A DNA stretch of 63,530 nt, the filler included, from Chiloscyllium plagiosum (taxonomy: Eukaryota), in the NCBI RefSeq assembly GCF_004010195.1. It is 4 parts of one record of this genome, joined end to end, with 100 filler letters (N's around TTAATTAATTAA, not from the genome) between each part and the next. Parts side by side here need not be neighbours in the genome. Positions count along the whole stretch, not along the records: positions 30,149 to 51,757 come from NC_057711.1; positions 51,858 to 59,562 come from NC_057711.1; positions 59,663 to 63,530 come from NC_057711.1; 1 more part is not named here. One strand, 5' to 3'. This document shows, piece after piece, positions 49,830 through 62,894 of the stretch. The notes below the pieces were generated by a model. The model was not told the origin of the DNA. It worked only from the letters and a program-made list of their open reading frames with translations, and did not search any database. Within the stretch, counting starts at the first letter, position 1, and every line of letters starts with the position of its first letter. The translations under genes and the position numbers were made by a program.

Positions 49830-51010
49830 TGTTTTTATTCATTCTCAGGATGTGTGCGATGCTGGCTAGGTTTTACTTTCCTTTCCTAGTTGTCTTTGAG
49901 AAGGTGGTGGTGAGCTGCCTTCTTAAACTTCTGCAGTCCATGTGCTGTAGGCAGACCCACAATGGGAGAGAATTCCAAGATTTTGTCCCAGTGACACTGA
50001 AGTAATGGCAATATATTGTGTGGCTTGAAGGGAAACTTCCAGTTGGTGATGTTCCCATGTGTCTACTGCCATTGTTCTTCAAGATAGAAGTGATTGTGGT
50101 TTTGGACTGTACTGTCTGAGGATCTTTGGTGAATTTCTGCAGTGCAACTTGTAGATGGTACACACTGCTGCTACTGTGCATCTGTAGTAGAGGGAGTTGA
50201 TACTTGTGTATGTGATGCCAATGAAGTGGGCTGTTTTATCCTGGATGGTGACAGACTTCCTGAGTGTTGTTGGAGCCATACCCTTCCAGGCAAGTGGGGA
50301 GTATTCCATCACATTCCTGACTTGTGTCTTATAGATGATGGACAGGCTTTGGAGAGTTAGGACATGAATTAATGTCTGCTGGATTCCTAGCCTCTGACCT
50401 GCCACAACAGCCATTATATTTATATGGTGGGTCCAGTTGAGTTTCTGGTCAATGGTAACCCTATGATATTGATAGTGGGGGATTCAGTGAGGGTAACACC
50501 ATTGAATGTACATGTGGTTAGAGTCTCACTTTTTGTTGGAGATGATCATTGCCTGGCACTTGTATGGAAGAATGTTACTCGTCACTTTTCAGACCAAGGA
50601 GAAAGTGAGGACTGTAGATGCTGGAGGTGAAAGTCAAAAAGTGTGGTGCTGGAAAAGCACAGCCAGTCAGGCAGCATCTGAAGAGCAGGAGAGGACGTTT
50701 TGAGCATAATATTTTTATTTCTGATGAAGAGCTTATTTTCAAAAGATCGACTGTCCTGCTCCTCGGATGCTGACTGACTAGCTGTGCCTTTCAGAACCAC
50801 ACCTTTTGGCCCTTTACAGACCAAGCTTGGATTTTGGCCAGGTCTTGTTGCAACCAGACATGGATTGCTTCAGTATCTTGGTGAGGCGGCAGTGCTGAAC
50901 ATTGTGCAATCATTGGTGAACATCCCCACTACTGACTTTATGATGGATGGAAGGTCACTGATGAAGCAGCTGAAAGTGGTTGAGCCTTGGACCCTAACCT
51001 GAGGAACTTC
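49830..51010 (-). mobile_element. Second CR1/L2-group LINE family, 3' part
   Basis: IYKTQVRNVMEYSPLAW..TTLRK..TIQDK. The same family occurs at about 1490-1700, 32370-32705, 36240-36525 and 52680-53090. Confidence 0.75.
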
Positions 51011-51204
51011 AGGCACACTCTTGGTTCACCCATCTACATTCTGCCATTCTGCCAAGGCAATAGTATGAATAAATAATAGTGATCTTAATTTGTGGGGAAT
51101 GCTATGAGATTCTTGGAAACCTCTGGCTGGCTGTGTCTTCTCTGAGGAAAGCTATTCTGATGTAAGAATTCCAGAGGATTTAAAAAATGTTATTTATTGC
51201 CAAT

Positions 51205-51757
51205 GTTGTAAGGTTTATGAAGGTTTGTAGCTCAGGTTGAGGTTTACGGTGTAGGTTGCTCGCTGAGCTGTAGGTTTGATATCCAGACGTTTCATCACCT
51301 GGTTAGGTAACATCATCAGTGGTGACCTCCAAGTGAAGTGAAGCTGTTGTCTCCTGCTTTCTATTTATATCTTTCTCCTGGATGGGATTCCTGGGGTTTG
51401 TGGTGATGTCATTTCCTGTTTGTTTTCTGAGGGGTTGATAGATGGCATCTAGATCTATGCGTTTGTTTATGGCGTTGTGGTTGGAGTGTCAGGCCTCTAG
51501 GAATTCTCTGGCAAGTCTTTGCGTAGCCTGTCCCAGGATAGATGTGTTGTCCCAATCGAAATGGTGGGTTTTTTTCATCTGCGTGTAGGGCTACGAGGGA
51601 CAGACGGTTGTGTCTTTTTGTGGCTAGCTGGTGTTCGTGTATCCTGGTGGCTAACTTTCTTCCTGTTTGTCCTACGTAGTGTTTGTGGCAGTCCTTGCAT
51701 GGAATTTTGTAGATGATGTTGATTTTGTCCATGGGTTGTACTGGGTCTTTTAAGTTT
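51205..51757 (-). mobile_element. Penelope-like element 3' part (GIY-YIG), running into a gap
   Basis: ORF 51409-51732 NIIYKIPCKDCHKHYVGQTGRKLATRIHEH plus a hammerhead motif. Confidence 0.9.
51283..51322 (-). ncRNA. Minimal type I hammerhead ribozyme motif (Penelope-associated)
   Basis: CCA-CTGATGA-TGTTACCT AACC AGGTGAT-GAAAC-GTC-TGG. Stem I (CCA/TGG) covaries with the TCA/TGA stem of the 15199 copy. Confidence 0.72.
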
Positions 51758-52059
51758 NNNNNNNNNNNNNNNNNNNNNNNNNNNNNNNNNNNNNNNNNNN
51801 NTTAATTAATTAANNNNNNNNNNNNNNNNNNNNNNNNNNNNNNNNNNNNNNNNNNNNGACTTAATTATACACCCTGGTTAGTTGTAGGTTAGATTAGTAG
51901 TTGAGTTTTGTTTTTTATTCTCGGTATTTTTCTTTTGTTAAATTTTGGTTATTATATATTTAAGATTTAATTGTAGATCAATGTTTGTACTTGAGAGTTT
52001 TGTTTATTTTTGTAAATTTTTAAAAATGTTAAATTTCTCATAAAAATATCTATAAAAAA

Positions 52060-52676
52060 ACCCAATGCGACAATCTAATGCTTTGGGGTATAGCACCTGG
52101 GAAAAATCCAACAGTTAGAGGAGAACTGCTAGATGACCGACAGATGGAGGCTGTTAGTGAGAACCCTCTGAGAGGGACCTGTATGGAGAAGGAGTTTGCA
52201 CACCAACACTGACCTGGAGAGCAAGTCTACACAGGAAGATACAAAGGGAAGATTTGGCAGCTGGCTGCTTTTGAAATTTGAACTTTTTTGTCATTTTTAA
52301 TCAGGATTTTTATCAGACCAATGTTATACAAGGGCAAAGTAAACAATAGGTTAGAGAAAGGAGTTGTAGATAGTTGTTAGTTAATTATTCTCTGTCAGAC
52401 TTTTTAAAAAAAGTTGTTAATTTTTACTTTAAATAGTGACCTTTGGCCTCTCCAGTTTTTTTCCCAGAACCCCTGGCCCTCCTGTTTATTTTTTTCTTTT
52501 AAAAGAAATCACCAGGAGCATCAGGAGTCTGTCAACCCTAAAACAAAACAAGGGGAAATGATGGACAGGGGCATCAGGGTGTCCTCTCAAATTTTAACAG
52601 ATTACCGCACAGGGTAGATCTTTTCTGTGTTGCTGGTTTAAATGAGCCGGGGCGGGGATCCCCCCGGTCGTAACAC
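52060..52676 (+). mobile_element. Probable solo LTR 3' part, related to the 6882-7637 family
   Basis: Shares ctttaaatagtg and attttaacag motifs with that LTR and ends GTAACA. Confidence 0.45.
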
Positions 52677-53109
52677 TATCCACCAAGGAATGACATGGAA
52701 TACTCCCCACTTGCCCTGGGTGGGGGCAGCCCCAACAACACTCAAGAAGCTTGACACCATCCAGGACAAAGCAGCCCCTACTTAATTGGGACCACATCCA
52801 CAAACATCCCCTCCCTCCCCCACCGACACTCAGTAGCAGCAGTGTGTATCAGCTACCATGTACTGCAGAAATCCACCAAAGACCCTCAGCCAGCACCTTC
52901 CAAACCCATCACCACTTCCATCTAGAAGGACAAGGGGAGATACATGGGAACACCACCCCCAGCAAGTTCTCTTCCAATCTGTTTCCCATCCTGACTTGGA
53001 AATATATTACCGTTCCTTCAGTGTCGCTGACTCAAACTCCTGGAATTCCCTCGCTCAAGGCATTGTGGGTCTACCTACAGCACATGGAACTCTCAGGGAC
53101 AAGCCATAT

Positions 53110-53409
53110 GATTAGATTACGTTAGATTCTCTACAGTGTGGAATAGGCCATTCGGCCCAACAAGTCCACACCGACCCTCCGAAGAGTAACCCACCCAGAT
53201 CCATTCCCCTCTGACTAATGCACCTAACACTACAGGCAATTTAGCATGGCCAATTCACCTGACCTGCACATCTTTGGACTGTGGGAGGAAACCAGGGCAC
53301 CTAGAGGAAACCCACGCAGACACGGGGAGAATGTGCAAACTCCACACAGTCAGTCGCCCGAGGCTGGAATTGAACCTGGGTCTCTGGTGCTGAGCCACTG
53401 AGCTGCCCC
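53110..53409 (-). mobile_element. HE1-type V-SINE
   Basis: V-domain and tail as at 6003-6323. Confidence 0.88.
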
Positions 53410-53969
53410 TATATATGTTGGCCCAGCCAGCAACAGCCATGTGCCATGATTAAATTAAAAATATTCAGTCTGAGAGTGGAACACCTCGGTCTTAAACAAA
53501 TGCTAAACTCTCCAAAAGGTTATTTACAATTGAATGAGGGCAGAGCTGGCTGGAGGAGCTTGGGAAAGAAGATTAGCAGCAAAGGTGGTTAAGGAATTCT
53601 AGTGGAAGACATTTAAAACAAAATGTTCACGGCTCACTGCAAACATACATTCCAGGGAAGATAAACGTTACTAAGAATTGGACAAACCAATCATTGTAAA
53701 CAATGAAGCTTGAACAGGTTCAGGAACAGCTTCTTCCCCACTGTTATCAGCCGGCTGAACAGACTCTCTCATTCAAACAATGCTGATCTTGCTAATGTCG
53801 ATCTTGTTTTGTGCCCCTCCTGTGCAGCCATAACCTTGTATCCCTCGCTGTGTCTGAGCTCTCTGTGATCTGTATGAGCTTGTTGATTATGATCTGCCTG
53901 TTACATGGGCAAAACAAAGCTTTTCACTGTCCTCAGGTATACGTGAGTATAATAAATCAAATCACATGT

Positions 53970-55655
53970 ATGACAGTGTAATATTGAAAGGAAAAAAGAT
54001 ATACTTTGTGACAGAGATGAGGATTAAAATCAGAGGATTGAGAAAGTTTTAAAAGCCAACAAAAGACGACCAAAAAAAAAGAAAATAAACTATCATGGTG
54101 AACTAGGAAGTAATTTGAAATTAACAGTAATAGCTTCTTTACAAAAATAATAAGGAAGATCAGGCCAACAATGCTAAAGAAACTGAAAAGTTAATAATGA
54201 GGAACCTGGAATGGTAGAGGAGTTGAATAAATATTTTGTGTCAGTCTTCACAGTGAGAGACACGAAGAGCATTCCAAAATGACTAAACAATGAGGGGCGA
54301 AAGGAGGAAAGGAAATAAATACAATCACTAGATATAAAGTGGTCAAGGAACTAAAAGGGGCCAACATTTTCCCAGAACCTGATGGGATGCATCCTTGGAT
54401 ATTAAAGGAAATAGCTGCAGAGATAATGGATGCACTGGGAGTAATCTTCCAAAAAATCCTTAGATTCTGCAAATGTCCAAGAGGATTGGAAAGTTGTCAT
54501 TGTAACATTTTTATTTAAAAAGGGAATAACAGTATCTATAGGCCGGTTATCTTATTGTCTGTTACTAGGACAATGTTGGATTCTATTCTAAAGGCTGCGA
54601 CAGCAGAGCATTGAGAAATGCAGACTATCATAGCATTAGGGTCAATGTGGCTTCACAAAGGGGAAATTACCCCTGAGGCATTTACTGGGATTTTTTGAGG
54701 ACGGAACAAGTTAGACAGATAAAGGGGAAGCAGTGGATGTAACATACTTAGATTTTCAGAAGAAGTTTGATAAAGTCCCACACATTAGGTAATTTAATTA
54801 GAAAAGAGCCAATGGTGTTGGAGGCAGTAAATTAGCATACACAGGGGATTGGCTAAATGATAAAAGAGGGAAGGTTGGGACAAGATTTGGGTGGCACGGT
54901 GGTACAGTGGTTAGCACTGCTGCCTCACAGCGCCAGAGACCTGGGTTCAATTCCCACCTCAGGCGACTGACTGTATGGAGTTTGCACATTCTCCCCGTGT
55001 CTGCGTGGGTTTCCTCTGGGTGCTCCGGTTTCCTCCCACAGTCCAAAGATGTGCAGGTCAGGTGAATTGGCCATGCTAAAGCCTGTTTCCACACTGTAAG
55101 TAATCTAAAAGATGGGTATTTTCCGAATGGCATCTTGTAACTAGTGATCTGTCACAGGGATCAGACCTGGACCTACAGTTATTTACAAAATACATTAATG
55201 ATGTGGATGAGGAAAGTAGATATATTATCGCCAGGTTTGGGGATGACACACGTGTAAGTCGGAAGGCAAGTGCTGAGGATGAATCAAAGAGTCAACCTGC
55301 AGAGGGATATAGATGGGTTAAGCAGGCTCGATGGGCCAAATGGCCTACTCCTGCTTCTATTACTATGAAACTATAAGTCAGTGGGTAACAATCTGGCAGA
55401 TGAAATATAATTTTGACAAATGCGAGGTTATACTTTTTGGTAGGAAGATCAAGGAACTGACTGCTATTTAAATGGAGAAAGAGCGTAGAAAGCTATAGGA
55501 CAGAGGGATTAGGGAGTCTCCGCGCTGGAAAAAAAACAAGCTTCCAAGTTCAGGGGGTCACAGGGAAGGCAAATTAAATGTTGGCCTTTAGTTAAAAGAG
55601 ATTAGGAAATATAAAAAGATGGAGTTTTTGCTAAAACTATACAAGGTGCAGTGGT
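53970..55655 (+). mobile_element. Old CR1 ORF2, interrupted by an HE1 SINE (54889-55109) and cut off by the Gypsy element
   Basis: Degenerate PDGMHPWILKE, YLDFQK.FDKVPH and FGDDT motifs. Confidence 0.8.
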
Positions 55656-58370
55656 TGTAACAAAGGCAGCCAGGTGGACCTTACACAATCTGAGTTCCCT
55701 GAGCGTGGCCCTTAACCTGGTCCAATCAGGGAGCCCTGGCTGTCAGATAAAAAGAGGATTATCAGAGATTCTGACATTCTGGGTGATGACTCTGAGGAGA
55801 CTGTGCCAGTGAAGGGCTTTCTGAGTGTAAATAAAGGGTGACTTAGGGACATGATACCTCCCATAGTCGAGTTAATTCAATGGTGATGAGAGTAAAGCAC
55901 GTTCCTTAAGAAACTTACTCACAATAGTTATCTGTGAATTGGCATAAGCATTTCTTAGATCTTGCCTTTGCTTGGGAACTTTGACTTGTTCGATCCTGTC
56001 AGCGAGGGCTAGGCTTGGCGTGGAGAAAGAATCAGTTATTTTTCTGATCAAAAGGCACTGTGAAGATGAAGGGCATTTAGCTTTCGTTATGGAACACTAT
56101 GACCCAAGGCTGCCTCTAATTCTGAGGTGCTATTGATTTTACTTGGCAATTTGTGAACCAGGGGAGTCATGTTGGGATTTTTGACGAGGTTAAGACAGAG
56201 GAATGTGACTCTGTTTTAACACTTAATGAGATGCTTAGCAGTGTTTTGGTATATAGGATTAATGGTGTTACCATGTAAAAGCACCCATTAGCTGAAGCTC
56301 AACTGGACTTCAAACAGACACTACAACATTGGAAAAAGCAGCAAAAGGAGCAGATGGACAGCAAAGCAGCAAAAGGACAGGGTATGTCGATGGAAGTGGA
56401 TACCCATCCCAGTCCAACTGAGCTCAGGAAACACCATTTGAGTGAAGGCCATTGCATAGCCTCACTCAGTACATGTCCTGAACAGAGGGACTCGAGGTCA
56501 GCCCGTAGCAAAACCTCAAACCAAAGCCAAACCATTGACATTTTCTTCAGGCTCCAGGCCGGCACGCCATTGTAGCTGCTGCCAGTATGTGGAGTCCAGA
56601 CAGCAAAGAGTCCCAGTGGATTGAAACTGAGTAAGAGAACTCAGAGGCCAGTATCCAGGGGGAGTGTACACCCTGGAAAGTCCACCCACATCTGGCTGAC
56701 AACAGTTATGTTGCTTAGAGACATCCAAATCAGAGCCAATCAAAATAAATGTCTGGTCAAACGGTCACCCAGTTTGAATGGAGGTCAATACTAGAGCAGC
56801 CGTTCCAGTGAACACACAATCTATCTTTAACAAAATTTGCTCTAGGATTCCAACTTTTAAGTTTGTGTAAGATCTCGGCCAGACTGAGAAGGTATACCAG
56901 GAAATCTTCACAGATTGAGGGGACAACTTCAGTTCTGGCCTCGTATGAGAAGCAGCTGGTTAAATCTCCAATCCCTCCCTCTGAGGATTCCGACACAAAG
57001 CTGGGTGGGTGGGTTGGTGGGGCGAGGGGGAGGGGGTGCTGAATGTGAGCCATATGTACTTGCAATTGTGGTTAGCTGAGGACTCCCATAATGCCCCCCC
57101 ATAAGGGTTTGTACAGTAAAGGAGACGGCCATTTGGGGTATCGTCAGCCTGTGCCATTTTTCAGCAGACGATGGAGGACATGTACACAAGGCCTACCCCA
57201 GGTCACCATTTATTAGACGATATGCTCATAACAGGGAAGGTCGATAAGGAGCACTCCGAGAATTTGGACACAGTCCTTAGACATTTCACCCAGTGGGCAT
57301 GTGCCTGACATAGAAACGAAATGTGTGTTCCAGGCACTATCCCCCACGTGACCAGGCACTATCCCCCCCCCACATGACCAGGCATCTCCCCCACGTGACC
57401 AGGCACTCCCCCCCACGTGACCAGGCACTGTCCACCACGTGACCAGGCACTNNNNNNNNNNNNNNNNNNNNNNNNNNNNNNNNNNNNNNNNNNNNNNNNN
57501 NNNNNNNNNNNNNNNNNNNNNNNNNNNNNNNNNNNNNNNNNNNNNNNNNNNNNNNNNNNNNNNNNNNNNNNNNNNNNNNNNNNNNNNNNNNNNNNNNNNN
57601 NNNNNNNNNNNNNNNNNNNNNNNNNNNNNNNNNNNNNNNNNNNNNNNNNNNNNNNNNNNNNNNNNNNNNNNNNNNNNNNNNNNNNNNNNNNNNNNNNNNN
57701 NNNNNNNNNNNNNNNNNNNNNNNNNNNNNNNNNNNNNNNNNNNNNNNNNNNNNNNNNNNNNNNNNNNNNNNNNNNNNNNNNNNNNNNNNNNNNNNNNNNN
57801 NNNNNNNNNNNNNNNNNNNNNNNNNNNNNNNNNNNNNNNNNNNNNNNNNNNNNNNNNNNNNNNNNNNNNNNNNNNNNNNNNNNNNNNNNNNNNNNNNNNN
57901 NNNNNNNNNNNNNNNCCAGGCACTATCCCCCATGTGACCAGACACTATCCCCCACGTGACCAGGCACTATCCCCCACGTGACCAGGCACTATCCCCCATG
58001 TGACCAACTTGGTTGAGAGAGTTGACAAGACCCGATCACACCCATCGGGAGATACAGTGAGGGAGATCAAAGGTGTCCTGGCTCCCACATCTGTACCAGA
58101 CCTTAGCACTTTCCTTGGGCTGGTGAATATTTATGTAAAGTTCATGCATAAACTTGCTTCCACTTCTGCATCAATTCTTAAAACGAGGTCAGCAGTGAAA
58201 GGGTCTGTAGCCGAGACCCAACGTTCAGGGAAGTGAAGAATCCTTGAGGGTATTGGCACACTATGATTCCAACTGAGACTTAGTATTGACATGTGATGCT
58301 ACCCCATGCGGCATTAGGGTGGTATTAGATCACAGGGTGGCCCAAGGAGAGAACGCCCAATAGTGTATAT
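55656..58370 (+). mobile_element. Decayed Gypsy/Ty3 LTR retrotransposon (5' LTR 55656-55879, PBS, gag, protease, RT, start of RNase H)
   Basis: TG...CA LTR with AATAAA, then PBS-like TGGTGATGAG, gag-like FDLFDP, protease-like NGHPV*MEVNT.AA (about 56760-56805), RT PFGVSSACAIFQQTME..IYLDDMLITG (57125-57240) and RNase H LVLTCDATPCGIRVVL (58280-58330). Confidence 0.85.
57330..58006. repeat. 22-bp minisatellite (ccaggcactatcccccacgtga)n spanning a 464-N gap
   Basis: Tandem units on both sides of the N run at 57452-57915. Confidence 0.93.
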
Positions 58371-58521
58371 CAGAGTCATAGTCATAGTCACAGGCTCATA
58401 GCAATGTTCAGCACAGAAATTGACCTTCCGGTCCAACTCGGATATCCAAAATTAATTTAGTCCCATTTGACAGCAGTTAACTCACATCTCACTCACCCGC
58501 TCCAGATCCTGAGCACAAAAC

Positions 58522-59060
58522 TAAATTGAATTGAATTGAATTTATTGTCACGTGTACCGAGGCTCAGTGAAAATCTGGTAGATCACAGAGTTAAGTCGCA
58601 TAGATGGTAAATAATAGGTAAATATCGGCAAAAACAAAAACACAGGGACAGGCGAATGCTAAGAGTCTGTGAGCCCATTCAGTATTCTAACAACAGTAGG
58701 ATAGAAACTGTTTTGAAACCGGCTGGTGCATGTGTTCAGGCTTCTGTACCTTCTCCCCGATGGTAGAGGTTGTAGTAAAACATTGCCAGGGTGGGATGGA
58801 TCTTTGAGAATGCTGGCGGCCTGTCCTTGACAATGGGCCTGGTAGATGGATTCTATAGATGGGAGGTTGGCCTTTGTGATGGTCTGGGCCAAGTTCATCA
58901 CTCTCTGTAACCGTCTCCACACCAGGTAGGGATACATCCAGACAGAATGCTCTCAATGGCGCACCTATAAAAGTTGGCAAAGGGTATTCGCCTGCATGCC
59001 AAACTTCCTCAGCTGCCTGAGGAAGGGGAGATGCAGTTGGGTCTTTGTGAAGCGTCCACG
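58522..59060 (-). mobile_element. Rex1/Babar-type LINE 3' end
   Basis: ILKDPSHPG..LLQPLPSGRRYRSL..TSRFQNSFYP and a (caatt)n tail. A related fragment lies at about 53705-53965 (+). Confidence 0.75.
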
Positions 59061-59337
59061 TGAAAGCTGATATTCCAGCGTTGGATTGAACCACAGTTAC
59101 ACTGCTGAAGGCGCTATATTTCAGATGAAATCCTAAACTGAGGTATGCTCAGGTGGATGTAAGAGTTTGATCCCTGTGCATGAGATTGATTGGCAGGGGC
59201 ATCACTCTCAGTACTCTGTCCAATATTTATCGCAATCCAGAATTAAAAAGCAGATTATGGGGCCATGATCACATTGCAGTTTGCAGGAAACTGCTGCGTA
59301 CAAACAACCTGCCGTGTTTCCTACATTTCAAAATCAC

Positions 59338-60903
59338 TGAACTGGATGGCAGTTATAGGAAGGGGGGAAAGTCTCAGATACAGTCACATAGATGGGTTAA
59401 CTCCAGGAAGGGTAAGAGAGGTAGGCAGCTAGTACAGGAGTCTTTTGTGGATATCCTCATTTCAAACAGGTATGCTGTTTTGGAAAATGTAGGGGGTGAT
59501 GGATTCTCAGGGGAACGTAGCACGAACAGCCAAGTTTCTGGTATTGAGACTGGCTCTAATGCNNNNNNNNNNNNNNNNNNNNNNNNNNNNNNNNNNNNNN
59601 NNNNNNTTAATTAATTAANNNNNNNNNNNNNNNNNNNNNNNNNNNNNNNNNNNNNNNNNNNNCAGCACGGTTTTGTGAAGGGTAGGTTGTGCCTCACAAA
59701 CCTTATTGAGTTCTTTGAGAAGGTGACCAAACAGGTAGATGAGAATAAACCAGGTTGATGTGGTATATATGGATTTCAGCAAGGCGTTCGATAAGGTTCC
59801 CCACAGTAGGCTATTGTACAAAATGCGGAGGAATCGAATTGTGGGAGATATAGCAGTTTGGATCAGTAATTGGCTTGCTGAAAGAAGACAGGTGGTGGTT
59901 GATGGGAAATGTTCATCCTGGAGTCCATTTACTAGTGGTGTACCGCAAGGGTCAGTGTTGGGTCCACTGCTGTTCGTCATTTTTATAAATGACCTGGATG
60001 AGGGCGTGGAAGGGTGGGGTAGTAAATTTGCAGACGACACTAAGGTCGGTGGAGTTGTGGATAGTGACGAAGGATGTTGTAGGTTACAGAGAGACATAGA
60101 TAAGCTGCAGAGCTGTGCTGAGAGGTGGCAAATGCAGTTTAATGTGGACAAGTGTGAGGTGATTCACTTTGGTTGGAATAATCGGAATGCAAAGTACTAA
60201 GCTAATGGTAAGATTCTTGGTAGCGTAGATGAGCAGAGAGATCTCGATGTCCATGTACACAGATCCTTGAAAGTTGCCACCTAGGTTGACAGGGTTGTTC
60301 AGAAGGCATACAGTGTTTTAGCTTTTATTAATAGAGGGATCAAGTTCTGGAACCATGAGGTTATGCTGCAGCTGTACAAAACTCTGGTGTGGCCGCACTT
60401 GGAGTATTGTGTACACTTTTGGTCAACGCATTATAAGAAGGATGTGGAAGCTTTGGAAAGGTGCAGAGGAGATTTACTGGGATGTTGCCTGGTATGGAGG
60501 GAAGGTCTTCCGAGGAAAGGCTGAGGAACTTGAGGCTGTTTTTGTTAGAGAGAAGAAGGTTGAGAGGTGACTTAATAGAGACATATAAGATAATCAGAGG
60601 GTTAGATAGGGTGGACAGGGACAGCCTTTTTCCAAGTATGGTGACAGAGAGCACAATGGGGCATAGCTTTAAATTGAGCGGGGGTAGATATAGGTCAGAG
60701 GTAGTAAGGGTATGGAATGCTTTGCCTGCAACCGTAGTAGATTCGCCAACTTTAAGTACATTTAACTCGTCATTAGGCAAGCATATGGACATACATGGAA
60801 TAGTGTAGGTTTGATGGGCTTCAGATTGGTATGACAGGTCAGCGTAACATTGAGGGCCAAAGGGCCTGTACTGCGCTGTAATGTTCTGTGCTCTATGTTC
60901 TAA
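59338..60903 (+). mobile_element. CR1 LINE: ORF1 fragment, assembly gap, RT and 3' tail
   Basis: ORF1-like RWVNSRKGKRG..ISNRYAVLE, then [31 protein letters not shown] and an (atgttct) tail. Confidence 0.92.
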
Positions 60904-61769
60904 GAAGGCAGCTCACCAGCACTCTCTCCTGGGCAATTAAGGATGGGTATAATAAATACTGGCCTTGCCAGTTATGTTCACATCTGATGAAAACAATATT
61001 GAAGTTTGTGTGAAATATGCATAATAGATTTATGAGAATGATTCCAGGAATGAGAAACTTTAACTTCAATTATGTGGAAAAATTGGAGAGGCTAGGTTGC
61101 TTTTCTTAGAGGAAATTAGGTTGAGATGAGATGTGATACAGCTATTCAAAATCTTGAGACGTACAGGCAGAGAAAAAATGTTTTTGTGTAAAAACAAAAA
61201 GAATAAGGTTTCAGAGAGAGGCATGAAAAGCACGTTATTTTACACAGCAAGCAGATAGGATCTGGAATGTACAGCCTCGGAACATAGTGGAGAAAGTTTA
61301 AATTGTCTTTCAAGAGGAAATTAGATGAGCACCAGCACACAAAGGGTTGCATGTGAAAGACAGGGGATGGGACTAGTCAAATCTCTTGCAGAGAGCTGAA
61401 GTTGACTCAACATCTGAGAGAGCACTTTCAGTGACGTAATACTTCTCTGATTCTATTCAATGTTTTTGACATTAAAACATTCGTTATCAACACAGTTCAA
61501 TTCCAAAAAAACATAAAACAATCGTTTTTACTTCACTTACCAAAATACTGAAGCCATGAGGGTCACTATTATCCCTGAGTAGAACATATGAGCAGTGTCC
61601 ACGAAACTCAAACTGGCTTTCACTGAATGTGGAGATATAGGTATTTCCAAAGCCAGTTGCTAAACATTGAACTACATTTTCACCTGTGGGAATAGAGGAT
61701 AGTCAAATTGAACATCACTGTATCTTATTAGCTTATCCTCAGATTTACCCAATTTTATCTATGGACCGT

Positions 61770-62072
61770 AGAATCCCTAAAGTGTGGCAACAGGCCCTAC
61801 GGCCCAACAACCAACACCAACACTCTGAACAGTATCCCACCCAAACCCATTCCTTTATCCCATTACTCTACATTTACCCCTAACTAACACATCAGGCAAT
61901 TTAGCATGGCCAATTTACCTAACCTGCACATCTTCGGATAATGGGAGGAAACTTATGCAGACATGGGAAGAATGCACAAATTCCACACAGAGAGTTACCC
62001 AAGGCTAAAATCGAACCCAGGTCCCTAGCACTGTGATACAGCAGTGCTAATCACTGAGCCAGCGTGCTGCCC
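61770..62072 (-). mobile_element. HE1-type V-SINE (decayed)
   Basis: tRNA-like head GGGCAGCACGCTGGCTCAGTGATTAGC and a V-domain remnant. Confidence 0.8.
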
Positions 62073-62120
62073 AGACAATAAATTGTATCAGTTTGAAACT
62101 CTGCATCAATACTGAATGTA

Positions 62121-62335
62121 CAGTTGGTTCTCATAAAATGATAATTCCATTCTCATGCTATCTTGCATTATAAGACAATTGCTCAAGAGCCACACCATTT
62201 CAACTAATGGGGTCAGAGTCGCATTATAGCCAATACAGGTAAGGAAAGTTCACAGCGTACAAATCACAGTCTAAATTCTTCAATTGTGTTAAAGCCAATT
62301 CGCATTGAAGAAATACGGCATAACAGAACCGACTA
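62121..62335. mobile_element. Tc1/mariner (pogo/Tigger-like) MITE
   Basis: TA|CAGTTGGTTCT ... AGAACCGACTA|TA: imperfect terminal inverted repeats with TA flanks. Confidence 0.55.
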
Positions 62336-62894
62336 TAGTTAAAATGTGTGACAACAAAGGGCATTCTTCTTAACTGTATAATGATTGTTGTAGGTTTTTG
62401 TGTACAAGCATAAGAAATAGAAGTAAATGTAAACTATTCAGTCCCTCAAGACTCCTTGGCCATTCAACTCAACTGTAACTGATCTTCTACCTTTACCATA
62501 CTTTAACACTACTTCCTACATATATTTGATTCCTAAGAGCTAAAAATATCTGTCGAACTCAATCTTGACTACATTCAACAATGCAGTTTCAGCAACATTC
62601 TGGGGTAGACAGTTCGATAGATTTTCAACTGTAAAAGAGAAGAAACTTCTCATCCGAACCAGTAGTGTAGATGAAATGGAACCAGTAGATGTAATATAGA
62701 TTGGGGAGGGTGGCTGTTTGAGGTTGAATTCACATCCGGCATGTGGGAATCTTTTAAAGGCAATGGTTCTCTGAACACAAAGGATAAGGATAACAAGATT
62801 CAGGAATCTTGGATAACAAGAGTAATTGACAGCTTAGTCAAAAAGAAAAAGGAGACATACATAAGGTTGAGAAACTGAAAACAGACAAAGTACA

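Noticed and set aside
54889..54965. tRNA-like A and B boxes, also in other SINE heads
   Set aside because: These are heads of HE1 and other tRNA-derived SINEs, not complete tRNA genes.
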